DNA from: Camelus dromedarius
Lineage: Eukaryota
Reading direction: 5' to 3'
Assembly: GCF_036321535.1 (NCBI RefSeq)
Contig: NC_087436.1
Coordinates: 101,930,001 to 101,994,000 of the forward strand
Length of the DNA: 64,000 nt
Positions 13,893 through 28,014 of the stretch are shown piece after piece. Within the stretch, counting starts at the first letter, position 1. Every line of letters starts with the position of its first letter. A model generated the notes under the pieces. That model was not told the origin of the DNA and did not search any database. It saw nothing but the letters and a program-made list of their open reading frames with translations. The translations under genes were made by a program, and so were the position numbers.

Positions 13893-14372
13893 TGGGAAGC
13901 AGAATGATGTTCCTCCAAAGGTGCCATAACCTAAGAATATGTCATTCTGTGGTACACGGCAAGGGAGAATTATGTTTGCCTGTGGAATTGAGGTTGTTAA
14001 TCAGTTCACCTCAATAAGGAGAGTACCCTGGTGGGTGCAGTATAGTAACATGACTCTTTAGAAGAGGAAGAGGGAGGCTGAAATGCCAACATAAGAGAGT
14101 TGGCATCCTGAGAAAGATGTGGGCAGCTATTGCTGGCTTTGAAATTGGATAAAGATGACTATGGGCCAAGATATGTGGGCAGCCTCCAGAGGATGGAAAA
14201 GGCAAGAAAACATTCTCATCTAAAGCCTAAAGATAGCTTGCTGATACCTTGATTTTGGCTCAAGAGTGACTCAGTTTGAATTTCTGAGATTCAGGACTCT
14301 AGATATTACAACTGTGTATTATTAAGTCACAAAGTTCATGCTACTTTGTTATAGCAAAAATAGGAAATTAAA
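13893..14372 (+). mobile_element. MaLR solo LTR, MLT1D-like
   Basis: GCAGAATGATG...GGCAAGGGAGAATTATG...GGAATTGAGGTTGTTAATCAG...GGCAGCCTCCAGAGGATGGAAAAGGCAAG...TTTGTTATAGCAAAAATAGGAAA. Confidence 0.82.
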
Positions 14373-15039
14373 AAAATAGAATTTTATGGGTCTTGTTTTT
14401 TAAGAGCTATTTTATTCAGGTACTCAAATCTTATTGTTACTATTCCTTTACTTAAGCTTCTCATTCATACCTGAAATCAAATATTTTTATGGCTTATGAA
14501 GTGTTTTTTGTATGGTCCCATTTGATTTATAAGCCTTTCTTCCAATACTCCATCCTTTCTTCCTTACTTCATTCTCCAGCTCACATTTGTTAAACGTGTT
14601 GTGCTGCTTTTCACCTTTACACATTTACTCTCTTGTCTGGAATGTCTTTCAATCCATTATGCACTCAATGCACTCTTCCCACATGATACAGCTCCAACAA
14701 CAGTCTTAGAGAAGTCTCCTTTCATGCATATATTATATGTATATATTCCTTTATAATGTATTTGCATATATATTTTATAATTTTATATTTGATTTTATTA
14801 TATTAAAATGCACTTGCAATTTCTGTAAATGTCATACTGATTTCCACTCCAAAGCTTTGCACTTTCTCCCATCTCTAATAAAGTTCTCTTCTTCTCGGTA
14901 CTTATTAGCTACTTAATATGTTATATGTATAATGGCACACAACACATTTTTATTTTATCGCTCCATAGTTCACAACAAAATTGCACATTCTTTCTTATCC
15001 CTGGATAAAATCTTGGAAATATCACATAATTTTATATCT

Positions 15040-16010
15040 TTTAAACCATTTTAAGTTTTAAATTAAATGTCAAGTCCAAACTACTATAGGAACTTCTATT
15101 CAATTTAAAACTTTCCACTCCCAGTCTGGATGTGATTTAGACCCAGAGTCACAATGGCCAAGGGGAAGAGTGTGTGTAGTTGATTTCTTTCCTGTTTTAA
15201 ATTCCAGCACATCCTTCCCTCAGTGATTGCTCTTTTTCAGGTTCACCAATGGTGAACTGAAGGAGAAGGACAGAAAATACATGAAATAAAGGCTTTTTTA
15301 ATATTTGTTGTTATGATCTGGCGTTAATGCCTTACGGGGGTAGCAGATACCAGGACATGACATCTTATGTTATGAGACACTTTTGTTAATTCTTCAGTGG
15401 CCCCCTATCTCTGGGAATATCTCAGCTGTACACACAGGCACCTGCCAGGGAGAGAGAGGAGCTCCAAATCCAGCCTGTACTTTGCATGCGAAGCCATGCT
15501 CCCTGTGATTTGATCTGATTTGTTTTTTTTCCAAGGGGACCATACACTGTCCAATTCTTGTCTGCATGGGATTTTATCCAGTTGGAGAGTGTACCTTTTC
15601 CTAATTTGAGAAAAATTACATCAAATGAAAAGAGCCTCACCAGCTAGCTAGACATCACCTAGGATCCCCCATCTGCAGTTTCTTTGATGTTGTCAGTGTG
15701 TCTTCTGCTTGACCTCTAAGGCCCGGCACGTCAGGTCCAGCTATGCTAGTGATCTAACCCTCTGCTGGAGTCACTTCAACCTCCAGGTTGGTGTCAAAAG
15801 CAGAGGCACCATCAAAATGGCCCAAATCCCATTTAATTTCTCAGGATACACAGCTTTGCTAGGACACCTGCAATGCCAGTCTACAGCCAGTCGTATCTGC
15901 TGGCTCTAAGGTGCCACCAATCCTGTTATCCCACTGTCTTATGTGCTTCTGAGAATAATGCTGTTCACTGAGTAAACAGGAGAGCATAACAGAAAGCGAT
16001 TTAGAATAAA
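15040..16010. mobile_element. Probable ancient LTR remnant, family uncertain (LTR78-like?)
   Basis: Block of about 1 kb, richer in GC than its flanks, with motifs loosely recalling old ERV LTRs. Confidence 0.3.
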
Positions 16011-16026
16011 ATAGCAACTGTGGTTC

Positions 16027-16224
16027 TTTTTTTGAATATATATTTTGACTGAAGTACAGTCGGTTTACAATGCTGTGTCAATATCTGGTGTACAGCACAA
16101 TGCTTCAGTCATGGAGGAACATACATAATTTGTTTTCATATTCTTTTTAACCATAAGTTACTACAAGCTGTTGAATATAGTTCTCTGTGCTATACAGTAT
16201 AAACTAGTACAAACTTGTTATTTA
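16027..16224 (-). mobile_element. 5'-truncated LINE-1 (3'UTR only)
   Basis: Homologous to 13628-13810. TSD CAACT(G/T)TGGTTC at 16015-16026 and 16225-16236. Confidence 0.85.
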
Positions 16225-19200
16225 CAACTTTGGTTCATATGCAGTTCTAGTAATGTCAAAAGCACATATTTAAAGTTCAAAAGTTATGGTATTGGAAATT
16301 TTGTGTTTAATGTAAACATTGGTGTGATCCTGAACTCTCTGAATTCACAAATATTTCAATTGCTTATTAATTTTGTAATTATAAAAATGTAGTCTGATTA
16401 GTAATTCATAACACTGAAGCAGCGATAGTGATAATTTTTATTCAGTGATCATCCTCCAATGAAAGATGATTTGGGATTCTCTACAATAGTATGCTTTTTC
16501 AGTCTTACCCTGGCTCCATAATTGTTATTGTCAATATTACATCAATGTGGAAATGGAGCTTCAAATTCTTTATATAACATGCCAAATATATAAAACTTAG
16601 AAGATAATATAACCCAAAAGTAGGTATGGCTGATTCTAATGACCATGGCCTTAGACATTATTTTACACCGTTAAGGAAACAGAGTTTTTTCTAGATGATT
16701 TATTTTTGCATGCCATAAGGTTCTGTTGTCTAATTTTTCATTTTAATAACAAGCCTGAGTTTTATTACCTTTCCTCCATATTCAAATTTTTCTTTATATC
16801 AGCCATGAATTTTAATCAGCCCCCAATATAGTATAGTCATCATAGAAAAGTAAAAACAGAAATTTAAAATATATGATTTTATCTTACATTATAGCTACAT
16901 TAATTATACATTTAAAATATTTTTTATTTACAGAATGTATTTATATAGATCATCTGTAGGTAAAAAGTTAGCTATGATTTCATACGTATATTCATATATT
17001 AAATGAATCTATAGTTCTAATCTGTCCTTGTTTGATGTTAATATCAAGACAATACATTCATCAGACAGTTTCCAAATTATTAAGGTTTAATTAAATAATT
17101 AGGCTCCCTAGTTATTATTTCCTTTGGAAGAGTTTACATATAGTCCTTTCTATGTTTGGTACCAAATATCTGTAAAATCATCAGCGCTGTATGCACGTGT
17201 GTGTGTGTGCGCGCACTTGATAGGTTTTTAATGAATCTTTCAGTTGATGTCAGTGTTAAAAGATTATCAGGCTATCTACCTCAGTACATTTTGCTAATAT
17301 TTATATTATTGAAGTTTGTTTGTAAAACTGTTTAAATTCTGTAAGTTCAAATTACTTTGAAGGGCTTACCCTTGGAACTCTATCAAGTGAATATTAGATA
17401 CCAATATATGTATTTTTAACGCAATAGATCAATTAAATTGCTAGAGCCATTTGAAGTCAAAAAGTAGACACCATGAGATGATCCAGAGCTTAGTCTATGA
17501 CACTTAGGTTTGGAGAAAATGATGAAATGTGTGGTTATGTGGCAATCACAGTAAATCAAAAGAAAAATGACTTGGGAAGTCAGGAAAAATGATCACATTA
17601 TAGAAGTTAAATAATCTAAGAAATTAGACGACTTTTGAAGAAGTTCTTGTTTGGTTTATGCATCGTGTTTAATATAAACAATGTAGGTTAAATATAATAA
17701 TGGCCTATTGAACTCAGCCCTCAAAATTTGGGGATTAATTTTCCCGACAATATAATACAAGCTTTTCATTGTTTGACATTTCACTTGCGATCATAGCCTT
17801 TGTTTAAAAGCAGAAATATCATAAGCTAAAATTAAGGTTAATATGGGATAAAGCGTAGTTGTATCTGTATACATGACAATTTACATTTAGTTGCATTAAA
17901 ATTTCTCTGGAATTCAAATGACCATTTTGAAATTTTGCTAGTTTGTAAGTTAAAGTAACATTTACTTTCCAAGCAAAGTGATTATCTTATTTATATTCTC
18001 GGATTTTAATAAAGTATATGAACAATCAGCCACAACTTGATTTTAAAAATTGTCTTAATTTTGTCGATTCTTTTTCATCTTGAATTTTGGATTTAAAAAA
18101 AATTAATGTATGGCTATCTGTAATCATCCCCATAACCAATACCCTGAGTGTTACCACATCAAGCAGCACAACCATCCCTTTCTTCCTCACTATTTCCGAA
18201 TTTTTATATTATACCTTTTCATGCCACTCTTTGGATTTATTCACATAACAAACATATAAAGCACACAAATTACAAATATACAGGTCATTAAATTTTTACA
18301 ACATGAAAACACTAGTGTAATCTTCACCCATATTAAGAGGTAGACCTTGAGATGCTTCACAGAAACATCCCTTGTACTCATCCCAGTGACTACTCCTCAA
18401 AGAAAGTAGTTCATTCACAATTTTATATTTAGTTTAAAAAGGAGGAAAATAAGTTACACAGAAGGTCTCAAATAATTTCTCACATTATGAAAATATGTTC
18501 TTAAAACTATCTATGATAATTCCTTGCTTTGGTGGTCAACATATGTTAAAATTAACTCATTCATATTATGGATTAATATTTTTGAAACTTGAATAGGAAA
18601 TTTGAGTCACTACAAATATCATAAGAACCTGTGCAGGGCCTGATTTTTCCTGTAACAGGTCCCCATACCCTTGAGAAATTTTAATAGCATGCAAAATCAA
18701 TTTAATTTTAATTCATGACACATTTTGTAAGTGTTTTATGCCAGGTTCTGAATTCTGATTTGGAAATGAACAATATAAAATGTCCTTACCCTAAGAAAAA
18801 ATAGTTTAAAATTCTTACTTTGGTTACTGCTAAAAAAGCAACTTTTTGTAATCAGCTGAAAGTTAGCCATCTAAGCAATTTTCTTTGAATTTTCTAATAC
18901 CTATGAATAACCGTGTTCTTCTCAGGTTTAACCCCAGCAGCATGTGTTCTATGTCTTTGCCTCCATAATCTTTATTCCATTGCCTTACTGATCTCCTTTA
19001 CAGTGTCTGTGTCTCTATATTTCAGATACATGCCATAAAGATCTTTTCAGTTGGTTGTATGATTTCAGCATCACTAGCCAATCTTTGTACATAATACGCT
19101 TACATTTTTACCCTGAGATTGAGTTCTCCTAGTGCAAGACTGAGGGTGGAAGGAGCATGGTAGGAATGGTTGTGTCCCTAACAGACTCTCAGTGTTGTGA

Positions 19201-20199
19201 GCTTTGGGTAGGGCTTGTGAACTAGAAGATGTTTCCTGGGTGAATCCTTCCATTACACACATACCTACTACACAATGAAATCCTCCAGAAATATCTGCTC
19301 AGTTATCACTGAGGCAGAGAATGCATTCATGTTAAATGATCTAGTTATAACAACTTCATGATTAAGATAAATGTGTCCATGCAAACTTTGCTCTCTTGTT
19401 CTGGTTCATTATAGGCCAAGTTGATGATTATAATGGAAACGAAATAGGCCCATTAAGGCTATAACCCACAAGTTTATCAGATATGGTACAGCTTCATTTG
19501 CTCATACCAAACTGATAATTAGTACAAGAAGTCATCACCCTCTAAAACAGATACCTCAGTATGTTAGGACAGATGACTATTTTCTGGCTCTTTAAAAATA
19601 AACACAAAAAACAAATTATTAAAATGGACATAATCAGAAGGACACGCATTTATGGTACAAGGCTATGGGAGTTTTTCCTTAAGGTTTAAAAAAAAATACT
19701 AGTTACCCACATTACTTCATTCACTGATACTCACCTAGGACTTAACTGTAGATTTAATAAATAAATTCATGTTTGGTGCCTGAGGCACAGAAAGCAGAGT
19801 GTGTGTTGACATATTTTGGGGTGGGAAAGAGTCTGTGGCATAGAAATTAAACATTTTTATTGGATCCAACCATAAGAGAATGTTTTTGCCCCCTTAACTG
19901 TGAACTGAAAAGAGTTTAAACTCTGGAATCTGGTAAACTATTTCCAACAGAAATCTTGGAAAATTAACTCATATAACATATCTTCATCTGAATAGATACT
20001 GAATTTTTTAAAAAGACTGTAAGTTTTTAACAGAGATAGCCAAGCATTTGGTATGTCATACTAAAATCATTTTGTTCAGGAATATTGACATCTGTCAATT
20101 GACAGTTTAAATCCAGAGGGAGAACTTGATCCTATGGCAGCAGTGTAGTTTAAATAGAAGGATTTACAACCAGAGAAAGGATGCTAAACTTGGAAACAA

Positions 20200-21030
20200 A
20201 TCAATTCAATAGAACAAAAATATGTATTAAGATTAGTGCAAAATTCTTAGTGATGGATCATGAGAACTATGACAGTTTTGTGGACACGGAGAAGTAAAGG
20301 ATGGGAGAGAGAGAGTTTGTATGTGTTTAAGGAAAAGAAACATCAGAACTTTATGGAGGTTGTAGTGTCAATTAGAAAGGTATGTGAGAGTGAAGAATAA
20401 AACTTATTTCCTAGGTATTTAACTTCAATCACTAAGCGAAAGTATTAACTAAAAAATAGTAAAAGTTTTGGGAAAAAGGTTAATTTTGTGTATATTGAAT
20501 TTGATGTACTTATAGAAAGCACAAATATAATTTCAATAAAAAGTTAGAAAAGCCTAAATATCAGAAGATAATTTTATAAGGGCAAGAATTTAAAAGTAAT
20601 TATTGGTATAAAAATCAAAATACTATGGCTATAGGAGATAACACAGGTGAGCAGATAAGATGACTAAGGACAAATGAATAACACCAACATTTTCCTATGG
20701 AAGCAGGGAGAAAACTTGAAATGGACACTGAGAATAATTTTGTTTAAAAGGTAGATAAAAATGTAGAAGAATATGGGGTCATGGAAATTGATGAAGGCAA
20801 GATTTAAGGAGAGAGGATGGATGAAAATGACAAATATATCAAAAACTTCAGGGGTGATTAGAACCGAAAAGGGGACATGGATTTGGCAATTTGACAGTGA
20901 TTAATGATCTTCACAAGAACATTCATAATGAATAGGTTGAGTAGGAAAGGGCCCATTTGAACAGTTTGTCCATGAGTGGAAGTAAAGAGAGCTACAAAAA
21001 GCACATATCATAAGAGGGACAGATAGAGCA
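20200..21030 (-). mobile_element. L2 LINE fragment
   Basis: Purine-rich, with GGGGTCATGGAAATTG...GGATTTGGCAATTTGACAGTGATTAATGATCTTCACAAGA typical of the antisense L2 3' region. Confidence 0.65.
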
Positions 21031-21894
21031 GTAAATAGGCTTTGCTAATTTATTTTTCAGGAAAATATTAAGATGTTGACAATTGTGGAGTTCAGAAGTG
21101 TGTAATTGGAACATGAACCAGAGAAGGTCATAAGTTCTGATCATAAAGATTTCAGGACAAGAGGGTTCCTTGGAGAAGACTCAGGTGCCTGATGAGATAA
21201 GAAAGCAGAAAATAAGTCTGCAGGAGATCATTCATACTGCACTGGGAACATTTATAAGGTTCAATAAATGTTCATTCATGGATGAGTGGCATCCACAGAA
21301 ATAGAGTGTACATACCTGACAAAGAGGGGAGAAATGGAAACGAAGAAATGGCCCTCAGATTAATACAATTGTAAACATTGCTGAGATGTTCCTCTAATGC
21401 CGTGAAGCACTTTCTCTCCATGGTACTGAAAGAGGGTCCTAAGGGTGCTTCCCCCAGGGACCCAGGGCCCCGGGACACAGGAATGCAAACGTCTCAATAC
21501 TTCCACTCTTTCTTTAACCAGAGAGCTCCATGTGCTGAGGCTTTCTTTAAGGACTTTTTAAAAGAAAATAAACACAATAAAATAGAAATAAGCCCATAAA
21601 CGACCTCAAATTTGGTGCTGTGTTTTTTTTCATGGTACTGCTTATTGGGTCAAATTAGGATTGGTGACTTTTGTTCCTTATGGAAGTCTCCAGTGTCCAT
21701 GCTTCAATGGACTTGTGACAATTTTATTACATATATAAAACTAGGCAATGTGTGTAAATTAATCAAAAATCTTATAGGTAGATATGTGCACATACAGACT
21801 CCTGATTTTGGTCTAAACTAGAATTTAAAGTCTTTTGTAATAATTGCAAATATTTGTAGTATCATTTTTCAATTGGCATAAGGATAATAAGTTA

Positions 21895-22110
21895 ATAATA
21901 ATAAGTTGAATTCAGTTATATCTTACAAAACATATTGAGATATGTAATGTCAACTATATTACTATTCACATTTAACAGATGAGAAAACTCAAATTGAAAG
22001 AAATTAATTAATTTGCCTAATGAAGAGAGCCATTCACAGGATAAATTGAAATCAAAATTAAGCATGACGTGTAAAAAAGCTCACGTGTTTCTGCCCTATC
22101 ACATTCTACC
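21895..22110 (-). mobile_element. MIR SINE fragment
   Basis: CACATTTAACAGATGAGAAAACTCAAATTGAAAGAAATTAATTAATTTGCCTAA matches the MIR core. Confidence 0.65.
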
Positions 22111-22874
22111 TCGGACAACTCGTGCAAGGTGGTAACACAAATGCACGTATTGAAAGGAATGGGACAAATTCCTATATCCCTTCATCTTTGCTACCTCCTA
22201 GGATGTGCTGTTCAGGATTTCTCTTAATCTTATCTTTTCCTTGTATTCTCATCTTTGTTCTAATATACCCATTTTATTTCTGCTGCTAAATCCTGACTCC
22301 TGCTCCTGATCAATTCAAACAGGACCAGTCCACAGTGTTTGCTCTTGTACATCTAAACTCCTTTCAATTCCAGCAGCTCTAACCATGTATTCCTTTACTC
22401 AGGCCTTTCAGTGCTTCCCTGATGCCCCCTGGATCAAATACTGGCATCAACTCTGGTGAACAAAGCTGTTCACCTTCTGCCTTCATCTGTGCGCAGCCTC
22501 TCAGCCCCACTCAAACGCGACCTATATCTTCAAGCTTGCCATTTTGTGGTCTAAATCTTTTTGTTTGTGCTAAATCTTTCCTCTTCGTCTCTGAGTTTCA
22601 TCTTAACTCTTCACATTTATGAAACAGTTTTGCTATGCAGTGTCAAATTAGATACCTTCTTTTCTTTCTGTTACCTGGTGAAAAGCAGTTGTTTCAAGCA
22701 TATTTCACAGATAATCCACATTATTGCCAGGTATGGTCAATTCAATACCCGTTCTTTTTCTATATTTTTATTCATCCTTGAAATAAATGTCTATGTGAAT
22801 GCTTATTACATATTTTTCATGCTTTTTGTCACACTTATTTTAGGGTTCCCAACTGTAGATGTAATATCTGTTCT

Positions 22875-22878
<4 letters not shown>

Positions 22879-22930
<52 letters not shown>
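22879..22930. repeat. (AT)n microsatellite
   Basis: Directly visible, one AC interruption. Confidence 0.95.
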
Positions 22931-25720
22931 CAGATATTAAAGCATATTTTTCATCAAAGCACAAAGTCACAGACATCAAAAGCATGATACTTTTAACAAA
23001 ATAAGAAATGCAGAATAGAGATATAATAGTTTCAAATTATATTCTGTGAGCTGATACAAAACTTTTAAATGCATTGGGAATTATGAAATAAGAGAAAACA
23101 TTTTTCATGATTTTTAATGTATCTATAAATTATCTTTTGATTGTCTGTAGTTAAAAATATGTTGAATGTTGTTATTACTGTCAAAATAATTTGGAAATGT
23201 ATCTAATGACAATACATTACGTTTCATCCTTTGGAACTCTCAACACAGATGCACTCTGTCTAGTATTTTACTTAGCAGAGAAGAGTACTTTGTTTTGCAG
23301 GTGTATGTTACTTAGAGAGCTAACTGTATGGTTGAAAACCAAAGTAAAATATTTGTTAAATAATTGGCAGGCAAGAGAGTGGAAATAAAGAGAAAGTTTG
23401 CAGCGATCTGCTTACACATGTATCTAAGAACTAAAAGTGGCATCCTAGCATTTAACCACATTTTACTCTAAAGATTTTAAAATTCTTTCGACATATGTGA
23501 AGTATATGAGAAGAACATGTCTAGTTATTCTATAGTTCTAGCACTCCCAAAGGTTTTAAAGATATAATTAGTATGAAAACAAAGACGTCATTTTGAAGAG
23601 TATTATCTTGGAACATACGACAAACATCAAGAAATGCCTTTATCAATTAAATATTCATCTCTGGCTACATATAACTTGTATATTTATATTTTCACTTATC
23701 ACATATTATATATTTATATGATAAATTTCTAATGTTATAGAGGTAAAGAAGAAACTTTTTCTTACTCTAGACTCAATCACTCTCACTTTAGTTAGAAGAG
23801 GGCTTCTCAAAGCTGAACCTTGTTCATCTCAGTTTCTCATTGGGAGTCGGGGGGGGGGGAAGGAAACTTGTAGAATGAAAATTAAATATAGAAGCTAATT
23901 ATTTTTCCCTTAGCAAGAATTAAGTCCATAGAAATAAAATAATTCCAGAATATATCTGTCTGAATAGAGAAATGATCTTAGCTGCTTCTCCCCTAATCCA
24001 AAACTTAAATTAATAACTAAAACATTTAAGGTCCATTTTATTAATTATAGGATATATATGATATATAGGTTTCTGATGACTTTCATGAGGACACAATTTG
24101 GGAAAATCACTCTGTAAATAATTTGCAGTTTAAAAATTCTTCTGCTAGAATCATAAATAAAGTTAAATTTGAAAAAGTCAATATTACTCCCTATTAGTAC
24201 ATTTGGAAATAGCTTTAATGGATAATTAGGTTGCTACCACTGGTTATTGGTTGGTTTATTCACTTTTTAATGCTGTGATCATTCCAGATTTTTATAACTT
24301 TCTATTTAAACTAATTGATAATGCACTGTTATTTTCTTAAATGTTAAAAAAAAAAAGCAAGGAAAGAAAGTCACCGTATAGCATAGTAGGTGGTTGCAGG
24401 TGAGAAGCATCTGGGAATATGTTGATAGAAGTCGACTTTGTAAAATCTTAGAATTCACTAATAACCATGTCTTTTTAACTCAGAAAAAATGTACCTAACA
24501 CCTTGCAAAGCTGTATCCTTCAATATGTAGATATGTGGAAGTAATATGTGTGTGTTAAATGTTACATTTTAATTTAGGAGAGGAAATAGAGCAGAAAGAA
24601 TTGAAATCCCTGGGAAAAAAAGCTATCTTTTGCTTTAAATATACACAAAAGCCAGCCTGAACTAATCATGGGTGGTTACATCAGCCACTGCCATTATCAT
24701 GATTAACTATCATTAAAGCCATCACTGAAATGAATGAGCTCCTAGTTAAAAGAGGCACTATTTTCTTTCTGTTAAATGACAAGAAAAAAAAAAATCAATC
24801 TGAAATGATATGTTTCCCTATTTCTAAGTGCAAACTAGCACATTTACAAAATATTTTATTGCTAAGCTAATTGTTACTACACTAAACAATGTTTGGAGAC
24901 AGAATGTTTTCATTATTCCTCACAATTCTCATTTCCCTTTCTATCTTTCTCTTCACATATTTAATTTTTGCTCATTTTGAATCTTCATTGTGTATCATTT
25001 ATAAATATATCCACCCCATTGGTTTCAAAATGCCTCTCTTTTCTCCATTTGTTTTCCAATTGGAATCTATAATGGAAGCACATCTTTCATATAAGACAAA
25101 CAATTCTTGCTGTTTTGAAATCTTTATTAAATCTTCATCTTATCAAAGAAACCATATAGGCCAACAGTGTATTTTCTTTTAAACAGTATTTGTCGTGGCA
25201 ATTTGGGGATGCACTGATGTTGCTATTATGCCAAACATTTATCTTTTATATCTAAAATTACTTCATTAGATTTGTTTTTTCTTAACTTAAAAAATTCAGT
25301 AGAAGAGAACACTAATGGTAATTATTTTTCCCTCTTGGAATGCCACAGTCCCCACTAACCTCACAGAACCCCTCTTCTACTACTGCCAAGCTAATTGTTC
25401 AGAACACTTTGTGGCAGTGCTGGGTCATAGCCAGTCTTGTGTATGTGAGTGTGAGTACGTGTGTGTTTCTAATTAGTTATTTTTTTTCTGTCTGTATCTT
25501 TTTGAGTTAGATTTGAGTTAATGATTCTCCATACTTAAATACCTTTTATTTACTTCATTCTGAGTTTTTTAGACACTTTATTTTATGGATATATTCCATT
25601 ATTTGACTTTTTTACTTTGTTTTATTACACTTATATTTAACTCTCTTTAGATTATTTTATTATTTTAATTCGAAAGCAGTAAATTCAACTCCGAGGTTTT
25701 GAGTTTATTGGATACCCATC

Positions 25721-28014
25721 TTTTTTTTTTTTTAACATTTTTTATTGATTTATAATCATTTTACAATGTTGTGTCAAATTCCAGTGTTCAGCACAATTTT
25801 TCAGTTATTCATGGACATATACACACTCATTGTCACATTTTTTTCTCTGTGAGTTATCATAACATTTTGTGTATATTTCCCTGTGCTATACAGTGTAGTC
25901 TATTCTACAATTTTGAAATCCCAGTCTATCCCTTCCCACCCTCCACCCCCCTGGTAACCACAAGTCTGTATTCTCTGTCTGTGAGTCTATTTCTGTCCTT
26001 TATTTACTCTTTGTTTTTGTTTGTTTGTTTGTTTGTTTTTGTTTTTGTTTTTTAGATTCCACATATGAGCAATCTCATATGGTATTTTTCTTTCTCTTTC
26101 TGGCTTACTTCACTTAGAATGATATTCTCCAGGAGCATCCATGCTGCTGCAAATGGCATTATGTTGTCGGTTTTTATGGCTGAGTAGTATTCCATTGTAT
26201 AAATATACCACCTCTTCTTTATCCAGTCACCTGTTGATGGACATTTAGGCTGTTTCCATGTTTTGGCTATTGTAAATAGTGCTGCTATGAACATTGGGGT
26301 GCAGGTGTCATCCTGAAGTAGATTTCCTTCTGGATACAAGCCCAGGAGTGGGATTCCTGGGTCATATGGTAAGTCTATTCCTAGTCTTTTGAGGAATCTC
26401 CATGCTGTTTTCCATAGTGGCTGCACCAAACTGCATTCCCACCAGCAGTGCAGGAGGGTTCCCCTTTCTCCACAGCCTCTCCAGCATTTGTCATTTGTGG
26501 ATTTTTGAATGACGGCCATTCTGACTGGTGTGAGGTGATACCTCATTGTAGTTTTGATTTGCATTTCTCTGATAATTAGTGATATTGAGCATTTTTTCAT
26601 GTGCTTTTTGATCATTTGTATGTCTTCCTTGGAGAATTGCTTGTTTAGGTCTTCTGCCCATTTTTGGATTGGGTTGTTTATTTTTTTCTTATTGAGTCGT
26701 ATGAGCTGCTTATATATTCTGGAGATCAAGCCTTTGTCGGTTTCACTTGCAAAAATTTTCTCCCATTCCGTAGGTTTTCTTCTTGTTTTATTTCTGGTTT
26801 CCTTTGCTGTGCAGAAGCTTGTAAGTTTCATTAGGTCCCATTTGTTTATTCTTGCTTTTATTTCTTCTAGGAGAAAATTTTTTAAATGTATGTCAGATAA
26901 TGTTTTGCCTATGTTTTCCTCTAGGAGGTTTATTGTATCTTGTCTTATGTTTTAAGTCTTTAATTCATTTTGAGTTGATTTTTGTATATGGTGTAAGGGA
27001 GTGTCTAGCTTCATTGTTTTACATGCTGCTGTCCAGTTTTCCCAACACCATTTGCTGAAGAGACTGTCTTTATTCCAATGTATATTCTTGCCTCCTTTGT
27101 CAAAGATGAGTTGACCAAGTTTGTGGGTTCATTTCTGGGCTCTCTATTCTGTTCCATTGGTCTATATGTCTGTTTTGGTACCAATACCATGCTGTCTTGA
27201 TGACTGTAGCTCTATAGTATTGTCTGAAGTCTGGGAGAGTTATTCCTCCAGCCTCTTTCTTTCTCTTCAGTAATGCTTTGGCAATTCTAGGTCTTTGATG
27301 GTTCCATATGAATTTTATTATGATTTTTTCTAGTTCTGTGAAATATGTCCTGGGTAATTGGATAGGGATTGCATTAAATCTGTAGATTACCTTGGGCAGT
27401 GTGACCATTTTAACAATATTGATTCTTCCAATCCAAGAGCATGGAATATCTTTCGATTTTTTGAAGTCTTCTTTAATTTCCTTCATCAATGGTTTATAGT
27501 TTTCTGTGTATAATTCTTTCACCACTTTGGCTAGATTTATTCCCAGATATTTTATTACTTTGGGTGCTATTTTAAAGGGGATTGTTTCTTTACTTTCTTC
27601 TTCTGTTGATTTATCGTTAGTGTAAAGAAATGCAACTGATTTTTGAACGTTAATTTTGTAACCTGCTACCTTGCTGAATTCTTCAATCAGCTCTAGTAGC
27701 TTTTGTGTGGACCTTTTAGGGTTTTCTATATATAGTAACATGTCATCAGCATATAATGACACTTTTACCTCTTCTTTTCCAATTTGGATCCCTTTTATTT
27801 CTTTCTCTTGCCTGACTGCTGTGACTAGGACTTCCAGGACTATGTTGAATAGGAGTGGTGATAGTGGGCATCCTTGTCTTGTCCCAGATTTTAGTGGGAA
27901 GCTTTTGAGTTTTTCACCGTTGAGTACTATGCTGGCTGTAGGTTTGTCATATATAGCTTTTATTATGTTGAGATATGTTCCCTCTATACCCACTTTGGCG
28001 AGAGTTTTTATCAT
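25721..28014 (-). mobile_element. Relatively young 5'-truncated LINE-1 (about 2.3 kb)
   Basis: T13 tail at 25721-25733, 3'UTR up to 26051, and ORF2 homology running to 28014. Confidence 0.97.
26052..28014 (-). pseudogene. L1 ORF2p remnant: reverse transcriptase and Cys-rich C-terminal domain, frameshifted
   Basis: ORF 27100..28023 has [22 protein letters not shown] and KYLGINL. ORF 26052..26831 has [18 protein letters not shown]. The frame is broken between them and the endonuclease domain is absent. Confidence 0.95.

Noticed and set aside
22561..23004. 147-aa ORF with an IYIY repeat
   Set aside because: The frame is held open by the (AT)n microsatellite and low-complexity sequence.
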